33,934 nt of DNA from positions 1-33,934 of the IMG/VR virus record IMGVR_UViG_3300032296_000132. One strand, written 5' to 3'. Every line of letters begins with the position of its first letter. Within the stretch, counting starts at the first letter, position 1. Origin of the DNA: a virus (lineage: Duplodnaviria > Caudoviricetes). The position numbers and the translations under genes are program-made. This document shows positions 26,743 to 33,934 of this stretch, one piece after another. The notes under the pieces are model-generated. The model worked only from the letters and a program-made list of their open reading frames with translations. It was not told where the DNA came from and made no database searches.

Positions 26743-27116
26743 CCGAACGAAACGCTGCTATCAAGTTAGTGTACAAGTCTGTCAAAGGACGCGCCCCGTT
26801 TGCGTTAGAAGAGTTCGTGCAGATGTTAAGGCTATGGGAAGTAGTACCTCTTTATGAAAACGGGCGGATTATTGGTGGTGTGTTAGCAAAAGATAACGAA
26901 TTACACGTTGGGTATGGAGAAAAGCCAAGAGCCTCGATCCGGCCCTACATCAAGGAAATATTGGGTGGGGTCATAGATAAGTATGGTTTTGCAATGACCA
27001 CAGTACAGGCAGACAATCCGGCGGGTTTACGCTTTTGCGAACGGCTAGGATTTGTCAAATTGGGCGAAGAAAACGGTACAATCCGACTAAGATGTGATAG
27101 GAGTAATTTCTCATGA
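26739..27116 (+). CDS. GNAT-fold acyltransferase-like protein
   Basis: TTVQADNPAGLRFCERLGF matches the GNAT C-terminal motif (N..A..FY.RLGF); sits at the position of T7 gp13, before the ejection genes. Confidence 0.65.
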   Translation: MTERNAAIKLVYKSVKGRAPFALEEFVQMLRLWEVVPLYENGRIIGGVLAKDNELHVGYGEKPRASIRPYIKEILGGVIDKYGFAMTTVQADNPAGLRFCERLGFVKLGEENGTIRLRCDRSNFS

Positions 27117-29308
27117 TTATCCGCAATAAATTTAACGGCTACGGGTTTGACGGGGTACGGCTCTATCACGATCCTGTCTCTCTTTCTATTGCTGCTACTC
27201 AAGCCGGTGTCGCTTCTTCCGCTGCCGCTGCCGCCCTTGCTGCTAAAACCGCTGCCGCAACTACCGCTGCTACAACTGCTGCTACGGCTGCTGCTGGTAA
27301 AACCGCCGCCTTAGAACTAGCGAAGAAAGAAGCAATTACGGCGGGCATGAAGCAAGCTGGAACAGAAGCCACTAAGCAAGGCATCGCTCAAGCTGGTCAA
27401 CAGGTTGGTGTAGAAGCCGCTAAGCAAACCGGCGTAGAAGCCGCAAAACAGGGTATTTTCTCAGCTAATCCTGCTGGTATGCCACCGACTGCTGGTGCGC
27501 CGATCACCCCCACTGCTCCTGCTACACCACTGCCACCGGCTGGTGGTACGCCCTTTACGCCACCTACTACTGCGGCTAAACCTATAGACCCATATTCGGA
27601 ACAATATTTAAGGCAGACTTACCCAGAGCAGTATGCGCAACATGCGGGTAAGACTATAGAGCCGGGCACTGCGGCGCAAAAGTTAGGGGAAAAAGCAGCA
27701 GAAACAGCGGCTGACCCATATAAAAATGCCGGGTTTTCAAAAGACTATTTGGGTGGCGAGACGTTCAATCCGGGCTTTAAAGGTCTAGACGCCACAAGCG
27801 TTACTAATTCGCCTTCACTTACCGCTCCTCCTGCTAACCAAGGCATAAATATGACGCCAGATTTAGCTTCTAAATTTGGCGCACCCCCAGAACCAAGCGC
27901 GTTAAAAAGAGGCGTTATGGAGGGGTTAGAGATTGTTAAAAAATACCCTATGGAAACCGGCATGGGGCTGATGGCGGCTGGGCAGTACATGAACAAGCCC
28001 GAAAAAGAGGATGAAGACAAGTACAAGAACACGGTGGATATGTCTGGGTTCCAGCCATCAGTGCCTACGCAGCGCCCCTTTACCCGCTCGTATGAGTACC
28101 AAAGCTATCAGGGTGGTGGCCCGGTTGAAGATATGTCTCGTATGAATAGCATCGGGGCCAATACTGGCTTTCCTATGGCACGACTGCAAACCCCAGCATA
28201 TGCTGTCAGTTCAGCTACACCGATGCCTGTAAACACCCTGACCCCCTCGGCTGACGCTTCCGTTAATGCCTACACTGGTGAGCCACGTTTTGCAGAAGGT
28301 GGTCTTTCTGCGGCGCAGCGTCGTGAGTATGGTTTGCAGACCCGTGGGCAAAGGGCGGCTAGAAGCCTGACAAAATCTTACGAAGAGATGGAAGAAGAAC
28401 GCCAGAAAGAGGCGATGAAGTTGTTTGGCGAACGCTCAGACCCCGGTATTGTGCCGCGTAGCCGCACCCAGATGATGAGTAGCCCCTTTTCCGCTGCTCA
28501 AGCTGAACATGCGCGTCTTGGTAAAAAAGCTAAAGTACCCGTTGTAGAGATGCCTAAGACTAATCTAGGTGACATCGACAACTATATGGACATCCCTATT
28601 GAGGCTGCGGGTGGTGGCATCATGCATGGCGCAGAAAAATTTTCAAATGGTGGCCCCGCGTTTATGCGGGCTTCAGGAACGCCATCAAAAGCTGAAAGCG
28701 TTTCTAGCGGGGGTCCTGCGTTTATGCGGGCTTCAGGAGCGCCATCAAGAGCCGAAATCGTTTCTAGCGGAGGTCCTGCGTTTATGGGGCCGGTTGGATC
28801 GGGGGTATATGGCTCGGGTTCTGATTCAGCTCCTGATTTTGGCGGTGCCCCATATAGTATTCCTGCACAGCAAGCCCGTTATACACCACAGCCCGAATAC
28901 GCACCTGTTCCTTACCAAAATAATTTACCGCCCCAGCAACAGCCTGACATGAGTGATTTTTATGCAAACATGGATCAGCAACTTGCTAGTTATGGGTATG
29001 CAGCAGGTGGGGGCATCATGCACGGTCTTGGTGGTTATTCCGATGGTGGGCGTTTATTGAGAGGACCCGGCGATGGAGTTTCTGATTCTATCCCTGCTGT
29101 TATTGGTAAACGCCAGCCTGCTCGTCTTGCTGATGGCGAGTTTGTAGTCCCAGCGCGTATTGTCTCTGAATTGGGTAACGGCTCGACTGAGGCAGGTGCC
29201 CGTAAGTTATACGCAATGATGGAACGTGTTCAGGCATCGCGTAAGAAAAGCATAGGCAAGAAAAAGGTTGCTGTTAATTCTAAATCTGACAAACATCTAC
29301 CCGCATGA
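27113..29308 (+). CDS. Candidate internal virion/ejection protein 1
   Basis: 731 aa; Ala-rich N-terminus, low-complexity middle, C-terminal GPGDGVSDSIPA...LADGEFVVPA domain. Confidence 0.7.
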   Translation: MIIRNKFNGYGFDGVRLYHDPVSLSIAATQAGVASSAAAAALAAKTAAATTAATTAATAAAGKTAALELAKKEAITAGMKQAGTEATKQGIAQAGQQVGVEAAKQTGVEAAKQGIFSANPAGMPPTAGAPITPTAPATPLPPAGGTPFTPPTTAAKPIDPYSEQYLRQTYPEQYAQHAGKTIEPGTAAQKLGEKAAETAADPYKNAGFSKDYLGGETFNPGFKGLDATSVTNSPSLTAPPANQGINMTPDLASKFGAPPEPSALKRGVMEGLEIVKKYPMETGMGLMAAGQYMNKPEKEDEDKYKNTVDMSGFQPSVPTQRPFTRSYEYQSYQGGGPVEDMSRMNSIGANTGFPMARLQTPAYAVSSATPMPVNTLTPSADASVNAYTGEPRFAEGGLSAAQRREYGLQTRGQRAARSLTKSYEEMEEERQKEAMKLFGERSDPGIVPRSRTQMMSSPFSAAQAEHARLGKKAKVPVVEMPKTNLGDIDNYMDIPIEAAGGGIMHGAEKFSNGGPAFMRASGTPSKAESVSSGGPAFMRASGAPSRAEIVSSGGPAFMGPVGSGVYGSGSDSAPDFGGAPYSIPAQQARYTPQPEYAPVPYQNNLPPQQQPDMSDFYANMDQQLASYGYAAGGGIMHGLGGYSDGGRLLRGPGDGVSDSIPAVIGKRQPARLADGEFVVPARIVSELGNGSTEAGARKLYAMMERVQASRKKSIGKKKVAVNSKSDKHLPA
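28641..28786 (+). repeat. 60-bp tandem repeat (about 2.4 copies), in frame
   Basis: Encodes SxGGPAFMRASGxPSxAExV; identity is visible between successive 60-nt lines. Confidence 0.9.
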
Positions 29309-29751
29309 ACAATTACGGGAAACTAGAATGGTTTGGTGGTAACAACGATGCGCTACAGGTGTACCGTATGCTGGTTGATCTCGCGCACCTATGGGATGAC
29401 TTGGTTGATAAAGACAAAGACGTAACTGAGTTAGATATAAATAATTCTTTTCTTATATGCCTTGTCTACCTGCCGCTGAATCCTTTTTATCAACAGATAC
29501 AGCGCGATGTGTTGCCGATGTGGATAACCGTAGTGTCTTCGTACCAAACTGCAAACAAGTTTGAACGCGAGAAAGATGAACGTGGGTTAGAGGCGGCACA
29601 TATGCTCAGATACGCCGCTGGAAATATCTTAGCTTATGCGATACATGTATGTGTCGGTCCGGAAAAAGCCGCTGAATACGTGCCGGAAATGTGGAAAGAT
29701 ATTGTTAACGAACGCTTTGCGGAGTACCGCGAGGAGCACTTGAATGCTTAA
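29305..29751 (+). CDS. Small helical DDxxD protein, isoprenoid synthase/prenyltransferase-like
   Basis: LAHLWDDLVDKD resembles the first Asp-rich motif of class I isoprenoid synthases; overlaps both neighbours. The CDS is well supported, the function is tentative. Confidence 0.5.
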   Translation: MNNYGKLEWFGGNNDALQVYRMLVDLAHLWDDLVDKDKDVTELDINNSFLICLVYLPLNPFYQQIQRDVLPMWITVVSSYQTANKFEREKDERGLEAAHMLRYAAGNILAYAIHVCVGPEKAAEYVPEMWKDIVNERFAEYREEHLNA

Positions 29752-32101
29752 TCTATTAAAATTTATTTTCCCTGACTTCACATTCTACTTCGGCGGTGGC
29801 GGTGGTGGTCCAACTACGACCAAGTCTGAGACTTCAAACATCCCAGATTATGCCCGTCCGTACGTTGAGCGGATGATGGGTTCGACCGAAAAACAAGTCT
29901 ATCAGTATGGTCCTAGTGGCAATATAACTGGCTTCCAACCATACAAACCATTCCAAGGCGAAACAGTTGCTGGCTTTAGCCCAATGCAAGCCCGAGCCAT
30001 GCAAGGTATTGGCGGCTATCAACTGCCCGGTCAAACTGGATTAGCTACTCGCATGACTGGCATGGGAAGTATGGCCTCTATGGGGGCAGGTCAGCGGTAC
30101 GAACAACAGGCAACTAACCCTTACGCCACACAAGCATATATGTCTCCATATATGGAGAACGCACTGCAACCACAGATGCGTGAGGCTGCACGTCAGTCTG
30201 CCATACAGAAACAAACTAATTTGGCTGAAGCTTCTAAGCAAGGTGCGTTCGGTGGGTCTCGTTCTGCACTTATAGAAGCTGAGCGCCAGCGTAATCTAGG
30301 CCAGCAGCAAGCCGACATCTACGGCAAGGGGATGCAGACGGCGTTTGAGCAAGCCCGTCAAGCCCAGCAGTTTGGTGCCGAACTTGGTCTCAAAGGTTAT
30401 GGTCAGGGTATAGAAGGCGCTAAATTAATGGGCGCGTTGGGTCAGCAACAGTACGGTCAGGAAACGGGGCTTCTGGGTCAGCAGATGGAAGTCGGCGGTA
30501 AACAGCAAGCTTACGAGCAAGCTCGTCTAAACCAGAGAATCCAAGACTACGCGACTGAGCAACAGTATCCGTTCATTCAACTGGGTACGCTTTCCAACAT
30601 GCTGCGCGGCTTACCGATGCAAGCGTCTACTACTCAGTTGTATCAGGCGCAGCCGCCGCTCATGCAGCAAGCTGTTGGTCTGGCTGGTGCGGGCGCAAAC
30701 TTGTATCAGGCATTTGGTAATAAACAAGCTAAAGAAGGCGGCGCTATTAAGGAGATGGCAAGTGGTGGTATCGCCACAGGCGCTGACCCATACAAGTTAC
30801 CGGGCATGATGAAGAAACTCTCAGACGCCCAGCTAAAAGGAAAGCTGGGCGGTGACACCGATCCCGAGACTATGGGAATTGCCCAAGCTGAAAAGCAGCG
30901 TCGTGATCAAGTACGCGCTGGCGCACCCAAGATGATGGCAGGTGGCGGTGCTGTGGCGTTCGCTAAAGGCGGGATAGATACTGTTAATAGAGAAGATACT
31001 GAGTGGGCTGAAGGTAAGCCAAAAGAAGACAAGAAGGCTGGGTTTAAAACAGTTAAGAAAGAAGCTAAAGCCCCTGCGCCTACGGCTTCTGCTACGCCTT
31101 ACCAAGATGAATACCGCGCGGCTATGACGGAGTTTGCCCCACCACCAGAATTAGAAAAAACACGTGCAAATATCAAGGCTCTTGAAGATCGTGTTGCCGG
31201 TGGTGTTGAGGGTGAACTAGACCGCCAACAAGTCGCTTATAAAAAACTGGGTATTGATCCAGTTAAGATGTTTGAAGAAGAGCGCGCGCGTCGCCAAGAA
31301 GAAATGAGGATGAGCAAGGAAGATGCTAGAAAGTCTGAGCATCTACGTTGGGCGCAAATGTTCGCTAAGTTTGGTTCCACCCCCGGCCCCGTGCTTAGAG
31401 CCGCGCTTTTGTCGATTAACGACACCGTGCCCGATCTTCTTGACGACCAAGCCAAGGTGAGCGCTATTCAGCGTGAAGCTAATAAAGCCTTAGATGATCT
31501 AAACAGGGCAGAGTACCAAGAGAAAAGGGGTAGGGTTGACGAGGCGCTTAAATCACATAATGCTGCGGCAGAAAAAGCGGCTACCCTTAGCGCCAATTTA
31601 GGCGAAGTGTTGTACAAGGGCCAAATCGAAAAAATTAGATCGAAGGCTGGTTTGGCAGAAAAAGAAGTGGAAGGTAAAACACGGATTGACGCCGAAAAAA
31701 TACAAGCTGGCGCTAGAATGGCTGAAGCTGGTATGCGCGTTAAAGCTGAAGACCGACGTGATGCAAGAGAGCAAAGAAAGCGGGAAGATACTCAAACTAG
31801 AGCCGCTCGTGCCGAATACAACGACTTTAAGAGTAATAAAGATCGGGTAGCGGAAACACAAAAACTTAATAGAGACTTAACCTACGCTAAGCCGGGGACT
31901 CCTACAAGAGAAGCTGCGGAAAAACGTCTGGCTGAGATGAAAGCAGAAGAACGGCAGTTTATAAGAGGCTTGCCTAAATCTTATCCAGATGCAAGGATCG
32001 ATGAGCTTATACAAGAGCAGGCTCCTGCTAACGCTACGACATCGGGGGATATAAAATTTACTAATCCTAAAGCTGCCGATTACTATAATCAATATAAATA
32101 A
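29744..32101 (+). CDS. Candidate internal virion/ejection protein 2
   Basis: 785 aa; SD GAGGAG; leader then G6-PTTT, Q/G/A-rich helical region, GAFGGSR motif, charged coiled-coil C-terminus. Confidence 0.75.
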   Translation: MLNLLKFIFPDFTFYFGGGGGGPTTTKSETSNIPDYARPYVERMMGSTEKQVYQYGPSGNITGFQPYKPFQGETVAGFSPMQARAMQGIGGYQLPGQTGLATRMTGMGSMASMGAGQRYEQQATNPYATQAYMSPYMENALQPQMREAARQSAIQKQTNLAEASKQGAFGGSRSALIEAERQRNLGQQQADIYGKGMQTAFEQARQAQQFGAELGLKGYGQGIEGAKLMGALGQQQYGQETGLLGQQMEVGGKQQAYEQARLNQRIQDYATEQQYPFIQLGTLSNMLRGLPMQASTTQLYQAQPPLMQQAVGLAGAGANLYQAFGNKQAKEGGAIKEMASGGIATGADPYKLPGMMKKLSDAQLKGKLGGDTDPETMGIAQAEKQRRDQVRAGAPKMMAGGGAVAFAKGGIDTVNREDTEWAEGKPKEDKKAGFKTVKKEAKAPAPTASATPYQDEYRAAMTEFAPPPELEKTRANIKALEDRVAGGVEGELDRQQVAYKKLGIDPVKMFEEERARRQEEMRMSKEDARKSEHLRWAQMFAKFGSTPGPVLRAALLSINDTVPDLLDDQAKVSAIQREANKALDDLNRAEYQEKRGRVDEALKSHNAAAEKAATLSANLGEVLYKGQIEKIRSKAGLAEKEVEGKTRIDAEKIQAGARMAEAGMRVKAEDRRDAREQRKREDTQTRAARAEYNDFKSNKDRVAETQKLNRDLTYAKPGTPTREAAEKRLAEMKAEERQFIRGLPKSYPDARIDELIQEQAPANATTSGDIKFTNPKAADYYNQYK

Positions 32102-32110
32102 GGTGTAGAC

Positions 32111-33934
32111 ATGCCTACCTTTCAAGAACTTGAGCGGGCGTTTGTTAACGCCCATGAAGCGGGGGATAAGAAAGCAGCGTCTGCACTAGCGGCGGAATTG
32201 CGTAGCCATTCCAGAGCGACTGAACCACGTAAAGAAGAACCAAAACCTGAACCCAAGACTAGAAATATCGCTGCTGTCTTAAACGACACAGTTATTGGTA
32301 TTGCAAACGCAGCGGCGGGCGGCGTCCAAGCGGCGGCTGACTTTGTAGTACCCGGTAACTCGTTCTCAAAAGCGGTCGATGCCTTTATCAAAAAGGGCGA
32401 AGAGTCACAGAGTGACCTAGTCAAAGCCGGGCGTGAGAAGTTCCAAAAGGATTTAGAAGCCGCGCAATCAGGCGGGGAAGAAGTTGCTGCTGTTGCCAAG
32501 TACGTAGCCGAGAACCCACTACAGGCCGCTGCTCAAGCGGCTGGTTCTTTTGCTGGCCCCGGCCTAGCTATTAAAGGCGCTGCTAAAGCTGCACAACTAT
32601 TAAAACTTACTGAAAAAACCGCGAGTCGTTTAGGTCTTGGCGCTGGTGTTGTGACCGGCGCTGCGATGGCAGGTGGTGATGCTGGTGGTTCGGCTTACCG
32701 TATGGTCATGGAGACGCCTGATGAGATTCTTCTACAGAACGACTACATCCGTAGCCAAGTAGAAAAAGGTGTATCACTAGCACAAGTAAAAGAAGAAGCT
32801 GCAACTACTGCGGCTCGCCGTGCGTCATTCGTCCCCGCTTTGATTGGCGGCGCAACAGGTGCGTTTGGTGTTGAGCGATTCTTGGCTGGTATAGGTGGTA
32901 AAGCCGCTAATAGTATTTTTGGTGGTGCAATTAAATCTGGCTTGTCCGAAGCTGCTCAAGAAGCTCTTGAAGAAGGCGTGACCGAATACTCTGGACGCGC
33001 AGCCGCTCAAACTTATGACCCACGAATTGATCCAATGAAGGGTGTGGCGGGTGCCGCTACGCTGGGCGCGGTGCTTGGTGCCATTCCGGGTGCAGGTATT
33101 GGCGCTCTTGAAGCGCGTAATAAACTTGCAGCCGACGCTGCTATAAAAGATTTAGAAGCCAAGCAAGCAGTAGATCAAGCGGCGCAAAGTGCAGCGGCTA
33201 TCGTCCCAGATGCGCAAGCCATTCAGGCGCAGGCGCAAGCGCAAGCACAACCACCTGCCACCCTACCTTTTGGTATTGCTACGCCTGAACAGATAAATGC
33301 TGCAATAAACCCACCGGCTCCCGCTGTTACGCCCGAGGCAGACCCGCTTACTACACAGCAACAGCCCAAGTTGCCCCCCGCGAGCGTAAAAAACGAAACA
33401 GACGAGCAAAAATTAATCAGATACGACGCTGAGCTTACGCTTGGTATAAATTCGAACGGTAAAAAACTTGCACCGCAAGCTATAGAAAATAAAACTAAGT
33501 CCCGAGACAAAGTTATAGAAAAACTGGGAGCCGAAAATGTCGAACGCATACGAGCCGGTGCCGCACAATCTGCTGGAATTGACACCACAGGAGATCAGTC
33601 TGGCGCTGCTGGCACTCCATCAAAATTGGGAATCACCCCCGGAGAACCTACAACACCTGTCAACGCTAGACTGGATGATACTGGAGGGGATGCTCAATCA
33701 ATTATTGCTCCAGCGACGGATCAGCGTCCTGCATTAGTACCGGGTCCTGCAATTTTAAATGAGCTTGGGGGTAGCACTCCGGTCACGGTACTAAGCACTT
33801 CAGGTGATCGCGCAGAAATAAGTATAAAAGATGAAATGGGCGAAGTTCTTCGCTCTGTGCCTATTACAAGCTTACAACAGCCAGCTACACTAGAAGGAGC
33901 GCCAAGTGTCACTCAAGCCGCTGAAACCAAGCAA
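32111..33934 (+). CDS. Large candidate ejection protein 3 (partial; absent from the ORF track)
   Basis: ATG 32111 with SD AAGGTG; MPTFQELERAFVNAHEAGDKKAASALAAE...; A/G-rich hydrophobic helices and EAAQEALEEG motif; no stop seen before the window end. Confidence 0.85.
   Translation, partial: MPTFQELERAFVNAHEAGDKKAASALAAELRSHSRATEPRKEEPKPEPKTRNIAAVLNDTVIGIANAAAGGVQAAADFVVPGNSFSKAVDAFIKKGEESQSDLVKAGREKFQKDLEAAQSGGEEVAAVAKYVAENPLQAAAQAAGSFAGPGLAIKGAAKAAQLLKLTEKTASRLGLGAGVVTGAAMAGGDAGGSAYRMVMETPDEILLQNDYIRSQVEKGVSLAQVKEEAATTAARRASFVPALIGGATGAFGVERFLAGIGGKAANSIFGGAIKSGLSEAAQEALEEGVTEYSGRAAAQTYDPRIDPMKGVAGAATLGAVLGAIPGAGIGALEARNKLAADAAIKDLEAKQAVDQAAQSAAAIVPDAQAIQAQAQAQAQPPATLPFGIATPEQINAAINPPAPAVTPEADPLTTQQQPKLPPASVKNETDEQKLIRYDAELTLGINSNGKKLAPQAIENKTKSRDKVIEKLGAENVERIRAGAAQSAGIDTTGDQSGAAGTPSKLGITPGEPTTPVNARLDDTGGDAQSIIAPATDQRPALVPGPAILNELGGSTPVTVLSTSGDRAEISIKDEMGEVLRSVPITSLQQPATLEGAPSVTQAAETKQ
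33537..33737 (+). CDS. Possible overprinted small helical protein in the +1 frame
   Basis: 66 aa, SD GGAG at 33527-33530, Leu-rich amphipathic sequence lying over a disordered part of the main ORF. Confidence 0.4.
   Translation: MSNAYEPVPHNLLELTPQEISLALLALHQNWESPPENLQHLSTLDWMILEGMLNQLLLQRRISVLH

Noticed and set aside
891-33912. Many minus-strand and off-frame ORFs in the track
   Set aside because: They lie under well-supported, tightly packed + strand genes and lack recognisable motifs; treated as shadow ORFs (33537-33737 kept only as a candidate).
1-33934. Alternative genetic code
   Set aside because: TAA, TGA and TAG all end genes and standard-code ORFs tile the window without interruption.

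Overview
The window is the complete morphogenesis arm of a tailed dsDNA phage with podovirus-type architecture, almost all on the + strand. From a divergent sigma70-like promoter region it runs: terminase small and large subunits, P22-type portal, GroES-like co-chaperonin, scaffold, decoration and major capsid genes. A cluster of small basic proteins follows, then head-tail adaptors, tail fibres, an embedded holin/GH108 endolysin pair, small fibre-tip modules, a nozzle-like protein and three large candidate ejection proteins (the last runs off the window). Product calls rest on recognised motifs and gene order, not database searches. The most unusual signals are: (1) unrelated small basic ORFs carrying the same ~25-aa C-terminal tag (KKGG..SASSRADGIA.RGKT); (2) a [MFY]-[AKS]-x-G-G motif recurring in those ORFs and segmenting two ejection proteins, suggesting a shared processing or packaging code; (3) a GNAT-like gene and a DDxxD prenyltransferase-like gene, each overlapping the start of a leader-bearing ejection protein, suggesting virion protein lipidation; (4) a candidate double-pseudoknot RNA that sequesters an RBS just after the capsid terminator.
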